Shown in pieces: positions 24,044 through 34,410 of a stretch of DNA of 64,000 bases. Every line of letters starts with the position of its first letter. Positions within the stretch are counted from its first letter, which is position 1. The stretch is from Cyanophora paradoxa CCMP329 (taxonomy: Eukaryota; Plantae; Glaucophyta): contig QPMI01000029.1 in assembly GCA_004431415.1 (NCBI GenBank), forward strand, positions 186,001 to 250,000, read 5' to 3'. Under the pieces are notes generated by a model. The model did not search any database, was not told where the DNA came from, and saw nothing but the letters and a program-made list of their open reading frames with translations. Position numbers and translations under genes: made by a program.

Positions 24044-24886
24044 TTATGGTGTGGGATCACCTGGGAACGGATCATCGTAGAAGTTATTTAGGTTGTTATC
24101 GGGATTGAGACCACGTGTAGCCGCCACAGCGGCTGGATCTGTTCGCATTCCGAAAATGAGAATATCGTAACCTCCTACTTCTGTTGTCCAAACATTAAAC
24201 GTAGCGGGGTTTTGATTATCAAACTCCACCCAACCTCTACCGCGTCCGATTCCCTGAACAAAGAAAGTATAAGCTGGACCGATAATACCATTTTGTGAAC
24301 GACATATAGACTCAATAGATTTAGGAATAGCAATATTTGGTAATAACCAATTTCCCAAAATTCCATCGGGTTGTGTTGCATTTACGTTATCTACCCCAAC
24401 TCTGACCATTCCAAACACATATGGATAGTCTCCACATGGAGTATACATACGGATACGTTGCGGATTGTCCGCATGCTCAGGTAGAGTATCGGGAATATCG
24501 GTAACAGCAACGGAAGATGCAAGCATACCCGACACACGACAACCGCCGCCAATAACAGCGCCTCCTGATCGGACAACAGCGGCGGCACGTTCTCCGTCAA
24601 AATCTAACGTTCTAATATCCACACCCCATGCGTCAGGTTGCCCGATTCCCGCGTTAAAATTCGCATTTGTTACAAGAAGTTGAGTCGTTTTAACCACTCC
24701 CGAATTCTTGTCGGCGCGTAGTTCTTTCACACGTATCATGCTGTTTTTATCAAATGCATTCGCGGAGTTAGCGCGCTCCGTAGATTCCACACCGCGAATT
24801 TCGTCGGCTACCTCGTGTTGTCGAAAGTGAACGGCGGGCGATCCCAAAGCGTAAACTGGTAATTGCACACGATTATATTCGCCCAT
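24044..24886 (-). CDS. Fibre-like protein 2 (shared N-terminal module)
   Basis: KELRADKNSGVVKTT...RSGGAVIGGG; full-length paralog of protein 1. Likely start MGEYNRV at 24886. Confidence 0.6.
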   Translation of the reverse strand: MGEYNRVQLPVYALGSPAVHFRQHEVADEIRGVESTERANSANAFDKNSMIRVKELRADKNSGVVKTTQLLVTNANFNAGIGQPDAWGVDIRTLDFDGERAAAVVRSGGAVIGGGCRVSGMLASSVAVTDIPDTLPEHADNPQRIRMYTPCGDYPYVFGMVRVGVDNVNATQPDGILGNWLLPNIAIPKSIESICRSQNGIIGPAYTFFVQGIGRGRGWVEFDNQNPATFNVWTTEVGGYDILIFGMRTDPAAVAATRGLNPDNNLNNFYDDPFPGDPTP

Positions 24887-24921
24887 TGCTTCTTTTACTA
24901 AGAAGGAAAGAAAAATAATGT

Positions 24922-25188
24922 TCACAGCTCTTCTGTGACATTGTTATACTCAATTGCTTTCTTCACAGTTCCCCTTTGGAATGCCTGTAATACAATCGCT
25001 TCCTTTGAGGTTGGTATTTGAACTCCACCTGAGATGCAAGAATGGATTTCTTTCTGAACAATTTCTTCAATTGCAATCCTTGCTCTGTTGTGGGCAGCAT
25101 TATCGATCCAATCCTGAACAGAGGCGGCGCAATATTCCATTCCCAACATTTCGATATCAGTAAGAACCACTTGGTAAATATTCGACAT
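24922..25188 (-). CDS. 88-aa phage-like protein, possible fibre companion
   Basis: QDWIDNAAHNRARIAIEEIV...IPTSKEAIVLQAF resembles, from memory, a small protein found beside C1q fibre genes in aquatic tailed phages. Confidence 0.5.
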   Translation of the reverse strand: MSNIYQVVLTDIEMLGMEYCAASVQDWIDNAAHNRARIAIEEIVQKEIHSCISGGVQIPTSKEAIVLQAFQRGTVKKAIEYNNVTEEL

Positions 25189-25210
25189 TTCCTAAATTAC
25201 CATAAGAAAA

Positions 25211-26230
25211 TTATACGATGCTTATTAATTCACCTGAAAATCCTGTTTGACTTGCATAGGAAGCGCCTGAATTTGTAACAAGTGTCACATATTCGTTTTG
25301 GGCAAGATTGAGAATGCAAGAGAAACAAAGTGCTTTATTTGTTGCTGACACACTGTTAACTTGGGATATGCTCCATCCCCCAGGATCAGCATCATTCACC
25401 CTTACAAATAATCCAATTGCAGAGGTTGTGGTTGAAAAAGTGAATACTGAAAATCGATAGTGTCCTGCAACAGGTGCTGTGAACCTTCCAGTTGATGTGC
25501 TGAATGAATTGGTATTGTTTACTCGAACTGTTGCCCAGTTTATTAGATCAGCAGAAGTTGTAGCAGTGTGGTTGTAGCCAAGTTGAACTGAAAATCGTGG
25601 ATGTGATGTTTTGAGATAACACCCTGTATTAACTGTCAAACTATTCGCTTCCAGAGTAACAACAGTGTTACTATTTCGTTTCAGGAGAAGGTCTACATTG
25701 GCTCCTGTATCGATTTCTGGTGTAACAACCTTGTTTGTTGCTGTGATTGTAGCCTGTGAGGAAATTGGTAGTGAAATACCAGCATTTGCTGTTACCAATC
25801 CTGTAAAGGTGCTTGTTCCTGTAATACTTACCTGATTTGCTGTAAGGGTTCCATCAATTCTCGCCCCATCTCCAATGTAGGCACCTCCACTTCTCACAAC
25901 AAGAGCAGAGTTATTAATTGTATTGTCAAAGGTTACTATTTTGGGTGTGGTGACCCCTCCTACATCATCATATATTGTGGAATCTGAGACTATCTGACCT
26001 GATTGAACTTGGTTTTTGTTTGAAACTATTAAACCTGTGGTTCTCACCTTGCCCCCATTGCGATCACATCGAATTTCTTTGCATCTGATCACAGAGTTTT
26101 GAGAAAACGAATCGGCTCCTGTCGTTTCAGTGCAAATAAAACCAGGGGTTGCATCTGTTACTGTGTGATTGAGTTGATGTAATTTTGGGGCGGCATAACA
26201 GAAAACAGGGACAGCTATTTGAGTGGTCAT
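25211..26230 (-). CDS. Fibre-like protein 3 with C-terminal C1q-like domain
   Basis: Shared N module (KEIRCDRNGGKVRTT, RSGGAYIGDG), plus NNTNSFSTSTGRFTAPVAGHYRFS and a terminal FSGELI (C1q signature). Confidence 0.75.
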   Translation of the reverse strand: MTTQIAVPVFCYAAPKLHQLNHTVTDATPGFICTETTGADSFSQNSVIRCKEIRCDRNGGKVRTTGLIVSNKNQVQSGQIVSDSTIYDDVGGVTTPKIVTFDNTINNSALVVRSGGAYIGDGARIDGTLTANQVSITGTSTFTGLVTANAGISLPISSQATITATNKVVTPEIDTGANVDLLLKRNSNTVVTLEANSLTVNTGCYLKTSHPRFSVQLGYNHTATTSADLINWATVRVNNTNSFSTSTGRFTAPVAGHYRFSVFTFSTTTSAIGLFVRVNDADPGGWSISQVNSVSATNKALCFSCILNLAQNEYVTLVTNSGASYASQTGFSGELISIV

Positions 26231-26252
26231 ACTTTACATTATGTGGATAATA

Positions 26253-27329
26253 TTATGAAGAGCTGAGAAGCATACATCCGAAGAAAAATCTGACATTATA
26301 TTCTATATTACCAGCATCATTAGAAGCAATAGTTAAAGAGAGACCATCATTAGCTTCAAGGCTTACAATAATCTCAAACCCATTATGAGCATACACAGTT
26401 GATTTATTTAAAGTTGTAACCTCAACTCCAAATGAGCTTCCATTCTTCCGTAAGAAGGTAGTGATTATTCCATTTCTTCGAGTATCAGGAATAAAAAAGA
26501 ATCCACTGAATGAGACTAAATAGTTACCGGAAACAGGTGCGGTAAAAAGCCCTGTTGTGGTATTGAAATGATTTCCATTGTTGACTATCGCATAAAAGGA
26601 TTCGGTTAGAATGTAACGAAATGTTTCAGTTATTGACCCATTTGGTTGCTGTTTTGTTGCAAAGAAACGAGGATGGCTACTTAATTTGAGATATTTGCTT
26701 GTCGGAAGTGTGAGATGTTGAACAGTTGTGTTATCTGTCTGAATAGTTTTTTGAAGAGAAAGAATGGTATCCCCATTCCTCTTGTAATTCATGACTGTGT
26801 CACTCATGTTGTCAATCTCAGGTGTATTTATTCTTGTTGTAAGTGTGAGAGTTCCATACTGAATACTCCCTGAAAGCCCACCATTAAAGGTCATCAATCC
26901 TGCAAATGAACATGTCCCACTCACAGTCAATTGATTTGCTGTCAGAGTTCCTGCTACATTTGCTCCATCACCAATGTAGGCTCCTCCACTCTTGACTACA
27001 AGAGCGGAAGTATTGCTTGTATTACCAAAAGTAACTATCTGTGCTGTGGTGACTCCACCCACATTATCATATATTGCTGAATTCGGGACTACCTGACCTG
27101 CTTGAACTTGGTTTTTATTCGAGATTATAATGCCTGTGGTTCTAATCTTGCCTCCATTTCGATCACATCGAATTTCTTTCGCTCTGAGTATATTGTCCTG
27201 TGTGAAAGAAGTATTGCTTGATGTTTCAGTGCATATATTCCCGGGTGTAGAGTCGACTACTTCATGAGAAGTGCTATGAAGTGATTTGGCTGCAAGTTCA
27301 TAGTTTGGGATTTCTAAAAGGGAGGTCAT
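26253..27329 (-). CDS. Fibre-like protein 4 with C-terminal C1q-like domain
   Basis: Shared N module, plus NNGNHFNTTTGLFTAPVSGNYLVSF...LEANDGL...FFGCML. Likely start MTSLLEIP at 27329. Confidence 0.75.
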   Translation of the reverse strand: MTSLLEIPNYELAAKSLHSTSHEVVDSTPGNICTETSSNTSFTQDNILRAKEIRCDRNGGKIRTTGIIISNKNQVQAGQVVPNSAIYDNVGGVTTAQIVTFGNTSNTSALVVKSGGAYIGDGANVAGTLTANQLTVSGTCSFAGLMTFNGGLSGSIQYGTLTLTTRINTPEIDNMSDTVMNYKRNGDTILSLQKTIQTDNTTVQHLTLPTSKYLKLSSHPRFFATKQQPNGSITETFRYILTESFYAIVNNGNHFNTTTGLFTAPVSGNYLVSFSGFFFIPDTRRNGIITTFLRKNGSSFGVEVTTLNKSTVYAHNGFEIIVSLEANDGLSLTIASNDAGNIEYNVRFFFGCMLLSSS

Positions 27330-27348
27330 CTTTATAATTACGAAATAG

Positions 27349-30300
27349 TTAAATTGCGACAGCAATGTAATGAATTGTAACTGGAAATCCTGGTCTGTCA
27401 AAAGAACTTAATGGAACTATGTCAAGCTCACAAGTGAAATAGCTACTGTAAACTTGTTTAAGCCTAACATACATTCGATAGTAGTAGGCTGTCTCATTGT
27501 GTTGTATACCAGTTGTTACAATAGGAGGGTTAGCAAAGCTGCTGTTGAAATTAATAGTGAGGTTAAACCTATGGTCAGGATTTGCCCAAAGATAAGGAGT
27601 AGTGTAAACATACGTTCCTGCTTGGATTTTCCCATTAAAATATGCATTGAGTTGACTGGAAAGATCTGCCTCTGTAATACATCGACTGATGGTCGCATTA
27701 TTTGAGGGTTCATAGCATAGAAATTTCTTGCATAGGCATTTCCACGAACAAGTAAGGTTTTATCAAAGTAATTCTGCGAATTGTGGAAGAACCATGTTTC
27801 TTCAAACATAGGTCCTGCTGGTTCTACAATCTGACCTGATCCTACATACATTGTGTTGTTGGCTCTGATTGTGGTGGCTGTGAAAGGATCAAGAGTTGGT
27901 CTATTGGTCAAATCATTGTAGTTTCCTGAGAAAATTGCAGGTTTGTTATAGATATCTGTATTCCAATCATGAGTATGTGCAAAATCTGTAATCTCTGCCT
28001 TAGTGTGGGTGTGACCTACATATGCAACATTTCCAAGATCTGTAATCTCTGCCTTGGTATGGGTGTGACCAACATATGCAACATTTCCGAGATCTAATAT
28101 CTCTGATTTAACATGAGTGTGAGCGAAATTAGTAATATCTGCTCGGGTATGGGTGTGTGCAAAATCTGTGATTTGGGATTTGGTGTGAGTGTGTGCAAAA
28201 TCTGTGATTTCTGCCTTTGTATGGGTGTGTGATCTATTATTAAGATCGAGGAAGCTACCCGAAAATGCAACAGGGTGTAGATTTGCTGCGGTGGGTTTGT
28301 TTATGAGATCATTATAATCTCCTGTGAATGAAATAGTTTTTAGTTCACCCCTTCCTACATAGTCAGACGGGAGATCAATCTTAATGGGCATAATAGCTGG
28401 ATCATTAGGTATCTCATACTCACTTCCTGGGTGGACAACAGGAAACGTTTGATTACATTCAGTATGGACAAAAAAGTTGCATGCTGTTACTGTTCCATCA
28501 ATAATCCCACCTGTTAGAGGAAGGTAATCACCTGTCACACCAATATTGATGCCTGCAATAATCGTATTTAATTCGGTTTCATCTATGTAGTTTTGGGCTT
28601 GTAGGTAATCTTCTGTTACCACTCTCGAAATAGTTTCATTATGAATGTTTTTCGCTGAGGCTCTCTGATTGATTTCTAAAACTCCCTCACCAACTCCACC
28701 ATTATAATTTGTTTTGATCCATGCAATCTCACATTGTTTGTAGTCATCTCGGTTTCCTAAAAGTGTTTCTGCTGCGAGTTGTTCGCGACTGAATATTAAT
28801 TTTGGTCTTGATCCGTCTAAATCGCTTACATTAGTCACATTAATTTGGATTGCTGCGTTTTTATCATCGTAGTTTGCTGGATCAGATGGTAGAGAAATTA
28901 AACCTCCTGTCATTGGGATGTCATCGGCATAGTAATTGGTAAGATAGATTCCCGGTTTTGTGTCTTTGATTGCAATACCACCACCAAGTGGTAATATTAC
29001 ATTTCTTGTGGGTGGTCGAATGTATAATTCGCCTTCCATTGTGGTGCCTGCATCTATTCCCCTGCGATTTACGTAGTAATCGTTTAATTGTAATCTTTCT
29101 GGTGTGTCTATGTTTTGGTAGAGACTCACACCATTGTTAATATCTCCTAATAATACATTTCCTGCTGATGCAAAAGAAGGCTGTTGTCTTACTTCACTCC
29201 AAATATGTAAATGGTCTTCTGGTGGAAACTCTCCTGGTATTCCATCAATTTCGTCCCAATGATGGCGATGCTCTGTGGGCGGAAATCTTTCCGGTTTGTT
29301 TAAAATGTCTTCCCATTCGTGTTCGTGTGGATCTGGTGGAAATGTTTCGGGTTTGTTAATAATATCCCTCCAATCTACGGTAAAATCGAAAAAACCCGGC
29401 TGTAATCCGTCTGGTAATAACTCTTCATCTGGTATATGTGGTTGTTCGTAATCTATGTTAGGTGGATTTAATCCATCTGGTAAAAGTTGTTCATCGAAAG
29501 GTTCGTAACGATCATATAACATATGGTTAGGATCAAATCCATCCGGCAATTCTTCCACGTCTTCACATTCTTTATGTTCGAGAGGGATTACATTAATATC
29601 TGGTGCTAAGAGTTCCTCAGCGGGCGGTTTGTAATCTTTAAAAACTGGTTTATTATAAACTTTTTCCCAACTTACTAAATGCTGCCCAAACGCCACCGTT
29701 TCATCCGCTGTGTATTCTCTTCCTGGTTGTTTCTTTGGTGTGAGATCTGGTGGATCCCATGGTAACGGAAATGGAACGGGAACAGGTCCGTAATGTTCAA
29801 ATATTTCTCTTATCGTTTTCTCACTAACAAGTTTCTCGCCATTTGCATACACGTTGCTACCGTGAATATTTCGCCACTGTCGGGTTCTAATACCAAGATC
29901 TTTTGTGTTTGAAAACAAAGGTAGTAAATGTCGATCCATTTCGACAAGATCGGGATGTAAATGTATCGCTACTGGTTGAGTGGGACTACTATTTACGGTT
30001 ATTGATGGTTTTTTTTCATGAACGTCTTTCGGAGTAAAGAATCCAAAAGGTTCATTTCTCGCAAAATCATAAGTAATGTCTTTTGGATAAACATTATTTG
30101 TGATACATACTTGATTTGCATTAGGAAAAGAACCTATTTGTAAGATTTCTGATGACTCGACAATTGGTGTGCTGCCTTCATTATAAATTCTGAGACCTGT
30201 ATTTTGTTTACCTTTCTCATCCTGAACATTAAATACTAATCGCCCGCTATCGAAACGTGTCGGAATATCGGGATGGGTTTTACTTGTTTTAAGTTTTCGT

Positions 30301-30566
30301 TGTCTTCTTGTTGCTTTAATTTCGGCAACTTCATTTTTTTTAACATTACCCAAACTGAAAGCAATGCTAACATCTTCTTTATCGGGATCCGTTTGATTCA
30401 GTGATAAAGCATGAATTCTGGAATGCGTCTTACTGGGTTTATCGGCGCTCTGATCGATAGAAGCCGATCCTTTGATGGTGATATTATCGAAATTCACATG
30501 TTTAGGGTTTGTTTTACCACCACTTCCTGATATTGTTTGTAAATTTGCTGGATAATTGAAACTCAT
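27349..30566 (-). CDS. Large fibre protein (about 1070 aa) with HxH repeats and a C-terminal H-type-lectin-like domain; 1 frameshift near 27700
   Basis: HTHTKAEITDF repeats, HEHEWEDILNKP, YLPLTGG, FSGNYNDLTNRP. An alternate frame from about 27700 reads ...TINFNSSFANPPIVTT...TIHYIAVAI* and stops at 27349. Confidence 0.75.
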
Positions 30567-30615
30567 CCCTGGTTACTCTACATATAGAGATTTATTAAAT
30601 TCCGATAAAGTAAAG

Positions 30616-32172
30616 ATGCCTCAGAAATTCGTTTTAGCGTTGTCGGGCGGCGGTGCGCGTGGTATTATCATAACAAGGTTACTAACAGAAATTGAAAATA
30701 GAACTCGAAGACGTATAATAAATCTTGTCGATCTTGTAAGCGGAACATCCACAGGTGGTATAATTGCGATTGGGTTAAATATCAGACATCCTGAGATGCC
30801 CAATGAACCAAAACTAACAGCTAACGATTTGCATAATATTTATCTTACACAGTTACCGTTAATTTTTGCGAATCCGCGAAATATCATTGAAAATGCCCTT
30901 TTCAATACAAAATACGATGCTACACCACTGGAAAGTGCGATTTATTCAGTAACTGGTGAATCACTCATAAGAGATTCTCTAAAAGACATTGTGATTACAT
31001 CTTTTGATACTCAATATATGAAACCAATATTTATCACAAACGATAACAAATACAATTTTTTGCCGAATAAAATAGTAGCGCGTGCTACATCTGCTGCTCC
31101 AACATACTTTTCACCTGTTAGCATTGTAGATTTCAATAATGGCGTAATTGCTTCTCTGATTGATGGCGCAATTTCAGGAAACAATAACCCAAGTGTATGC
31201 GGTTATAGTCATGCAAAAAAGATTTATAATGAAGATGATGAAATTATAGTTATAAGTATATCTTGTGGTGAGGTTGATGCAAATTTAGAATCTGAATATT
31301 TCGGATATGCTTATGAGACTGTGAATAGCTGGGGTATTCTTTCATGGATTGCTTCAACAGAAGGAAGCCCATTAATTAATATGCTAATGGCTGCAAGCGA
31401 ACTATCCGCTCTTGATAAAATGGAAGAATTACTACCTCCAAATCTTGACCAAGGATATAATAGATATTTCCGTCTTTCTGTTCCGCTTCCAAATGATATA
31501 GTTCGATCACTTGATGATACATCTAAGATACCTGAAATGCTCGCATTCACTGAAACGTATATTGCTGCAAATGACGCTATGATAAATAGACTCTGTGATT
31601 TACTTGTAACAAATTATGAGATTAATAACCCTGTCAGATCGTATATATCTTCCACTCTTAATAACATACCTCCCATTGACGCTAATTGGTATCTTCTGTC
31701 AGATAATGCGTTTACCGCTTCGTCTGCGAAATTTGGAAAGGAGGCATTTAAAGCCCGCCCATCATTAACTGGATGGGAAGCGAATGCATCCGCAATTAAC
31801 GGAGTATGGGAAACGCCAACAGAATATCTGCAAATAGCATTCCCATATACATATGAGATCGCTTCGATAATTGCTTATGGTTCAGGTATAACGGCTGCGT
31901 TTATTAAGACTTTCAATGTTGCGACGTCGCAAGATGGGGTTTCATGGTCATATATCAAGTATGAAGGTGTGAATAGAATGTTTGTATGTGAGAATATAAA
32001 TAATGCTAATAACTCTGGGGATGTATCATATAACGGGGGCTTTCCGCTTGCAATAAACGATGTTTTCTATATAGGTTTCCCACTGAGAACAAGATATATA
32101 CGAATATATCCGCTGGTATATATAAATGCTCCGACTATGAGAGTCGATGTGACGGGCGCATTTATACGGTAG
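30616..32172 (+). CDS. Patatin-like phospholipase fused to a discoidin (F5/8 type C) domain
   Basis: SGGGARG, GTSTG, ATSAAPTYF, DGA motifs. C-terminal EYLQIAF...SQDGVSW...TRYIRIYP...MRVDV. Likely start MPQKF. Confidence 0.88.
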   Translation: MPQKFVLALSGGGARGIIITRLLTEIENRTRRRIINLVDLVSGTSTGGIIAIGLNIRHPEMPNEPKLTANDLHNIYLTQLPLIFANPRNIIENALFNTKYDATPLESAIYSVTGESLIRDSLKDIVITSFDTQYMKPIFITNDNKYNFLPNKIVARATSAAPTYFSPVSIVDFNNGVIASLIDGAISGNNNPSVCGYSHAKKIYNEDDEIIVISISCGEVDANLESEYFGYAYETVNSWGILSWIASTEGSPLINMLMAASELSALDKMEELLPPNLDQGYNRYFRLSVPLPNDIVRSLDDTSKIPEMLAFTETYIAANDAMINRLCDLLVTNYEINNPVRSYISSTLNNIPPIDANWYLLSDNAFTASSAKFGKEAFKARPSLTGWEANASAINGVWETPTEYLQIAFPYTYEIASIIAYGSGITAAFIKTFNVATSQDGVSWSYIKYEGVNRMFVCENINNANNSGDVSYNGGFPLAINDVFYIGFPLRTRYIRIYPLVYINAPTMRVDVTGAFIR

Positions 32173-32385
32173 AAAAAAGAGGGAATTTTTTCCGATTTTT
32201 TGATTATATATATGTATATGTATATATAATAATATTATTTATTATGTTTTCCAAACATTTTTTTCTTGGTCACACGGCATTACGGAGGTTTGGTATATAT
32301 TGTGTATATATGTCGTGACGCCACGTGTTCGAAAACGTCGACGTCACGTGTTCACAAACGTCACGTGTTCGGGTCGCTGTGACTC

Positions 32386-32642
32386 GCTGATCGAATCAGT
32401 TCGATTGCTGATCCAATCAGCTCGATTGCTGATCCAATCAGTTCGATTGCTGATCGAATCAGCTCGATTGGTGATCCAATCAGCTCGATTGCTGATCGAA
32501 TCAGTTCGATTGCTGATCCAATCAGCTCGATTGCTGATCCAATCAGCTCGATTGCTGATCCAATCAGTTCGATTGCTGATCGAATCAGCTGATCCAATCA
32601 GCTCGATTGCTGATCGAATCAGCTCGATTGCTGATCCATTGC
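32386..32642. repeat. 21-bp tandem array TGATC(C/G)AATCAG(C/T)TCGATTGC, about 12 copies
   Basis: Directly visible between the convergent patatin and integrase genes, preceded by three CACGTGTTC. Confidence 0.92.
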
Positions 32643-32824
32643 GTGTTCGCGGCATGCCCCACAGTAGGGACTTTTTAATTTTCCACCAAATTATTTAATT
32701 GTGGGTTCCGGAACCCAAAAATCCCCCCAAAATCATACAAACTGTTATAACTCTTCACCAACTCATCGCCTATCAAAACCGCGACCATCGCCGGAATCCT
32801 CTTTGCATGCTCTACACAGCTTCG

Positions 32825-34225
32825 TTACTTTCGCGAACCGGATCTTAGATTTACCCGGGTTTGAGGTGCTGAATATGTCTCTTTTGAGGTCTGGAAGTCT
32901 GTATACCATCTCTGGCTGTTGACTTCTGATAGTTTCTGGGTTCCTGCTATGGTTAACTTCTTTAATTCGCGTTCCGCCTTCCCTTTCTTCTTGGTTCTGG
33001 CTTGTGTTAACGGTTCTTCTGGGACGTCATCCGCTTTTTCGATGCCTTCCTTGCGAATCGCCGAATCGACCCGGGCTTCTTCTTTCGCTTGTTCCAGTGC
33101 ATCCACTGTGGGCGCTTCGTGGTATTCAACACCTTTGATAGGTAACAGTTCGTGGAAAGCGAATCTCCCTTCGACCATTTCGCCGTTCGGGTTTCGCAAC
33201 CGAAACTTGAAACCCTCCCGACCTTCAACAGTATAGACAATTCGCGACCAATTGACACCTTGTTTAGCGAATGGGTTCTTTTCTATTCTCACTCTCACAA
33301 ACATTCCCTGTTTCACACCATCCAAGTAAGCGATCGACTTCTTGAACCTCTCATCTTCTAAACCTATAATCTCTCTATAATGATCTTCCGTGGTCTCTGC
33401 TGGTTTTCTCTTAGTTGCTGAGTGGATGGTATTGTTATAGTTATACTCTATGTCTCCCAATACATCGAAGAATCGCGCTGTGTTGTTTGCTATGCAATAG
33501 TTCGTGATCAATCGTTTGATCTGCTTGTTAAACGCTTCGATTCTACCTTGGCTTCGATGATCTGCGACATCGCTAATCTGGTGGTCTATGAACTTCTTAG
33601 CAAGGTAATTTGTGAACATCGTATTAGTGAATTCGCTTCCGCTGTCACTCTGAACGCGAGCGATAGGTCGTGGAACTCTTCGTTGTAACTGTTCAAACGC
33701 CGCAAGTGCCGTAAGAGCGCTCTTATCTCTCATCGGAATGATGTAACCGGTGCGTAAGGTCGATTCCATCGCGGACATGAACGTATCGTAACCGTCGTTT
33801 TGGTTCTTGTATGCAGGGAAAAAGAGAAGATCGATTACGTAAGTATCGAGAGGTTGCCGAATCGGAATCATCGGGTCTCTCTTTCTTGAAAGAGTCGGTG
33901 CGTTTATCTGAACGACTTCCTGTTTATCATACCATTCTCTCATCTTCTTGTAATCCTCCTCTGGTAGTTCCTTTCTCATTGCTCCGAATCCCTTGTAACC
34001 TGTGCGCGGATCGTAAAACTTCTTCGCGATCTTCGATTCTTTTGTTACAGTCTCAGTAGGCAATGCCTTCGGGATCAGTTGTTTAACCATCTCAGACTTC
34101 TTTAAGATTCGTGTGTTCTTCTCTTCGACCGGAATAGTGATTGGTAGCATGTTCCCTTGGTCTTCTTTCATGCTCTTCTTTACGATTTTAGGAACAGGTC
34201 GCAATCCTATCTGTGCTGAGGGCAT
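32825..34225 (-). CDS. Retroviral-like (rve, DDE) integrase
   Basis: IDLLF, QSDSGSEF, GRIEAFNK catalytic triad and YNNTIHSAT; intact, 466 aa. Confidence 0.93.
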   Translation of the reverse strand: MPSAQIGLRPVPKIVKKSMKEDQGNMLPITIPVEEKNTRILKKSEMVKQLIPKALPTETVTKESKIAKKFYDPRTGYKGFGAMRKELPEEDYKKMREWYDKQEVVQINAPTLSRKRDPMIPIRQPLDTYVIDLLFFPAYKNQNDGYDTFMSAMESTLRTGYIIPMRDKSALTALAAFEQLQRRVPRPIARVQSDSGSEFTNTMFTNYLAKKFIDHQISDVADHRSQGRIEAFNKQIKRLITNYCIANNTARFFDVLGDIEYNYNNTIHSATKRKPAETTEDHYREIIGLEDERFKKSIAYLDGVKQGMFVRVRIEKNPFAKQGVNWSRIVYTVEGREGFKFRLRNPNGEMVEGRFAFHELLPIKGVEYHEAPTVDALEQAKEEARVDSAIRKEGIEKADDVPEEPLTQARTKKKGKAERELKKLTIAGTQKLSEVNSQRWYTDFQTSKETYSAPQTRVNLRSGSRK

Positions 34226-34410
34226 CTTTACTTTATTTTCAATATATTAATAATGGACGAGCCGGTTTGGACAGAACACCCGAAACCAAACTACTTTGCG
34301 ATCGATCCAAATGATCCTGGTTTAAGGTGCATATGGTTGTTACATCTGATCCGAGGTTTGCTGCTTCTTGGGGATCGAAAAAATAAAAAGAGAAGTATTG
34401 AACAAGTATA

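Noticed and set aside
22301-32172. Bacterial prophage or contamination
   Set aside because: The phage-like genes lie inside TIRs together with a DJR capsid, A32 ATPase, pPolB and rve integrase, and the flanks carry spliceosomal introns.
32300-32698. Repeat proteins (SARLLIQ / SNRADWI / SAIELIG)
   Set aside because: These are translations of a stop-free 21-bp DNA repeat open in several frames.
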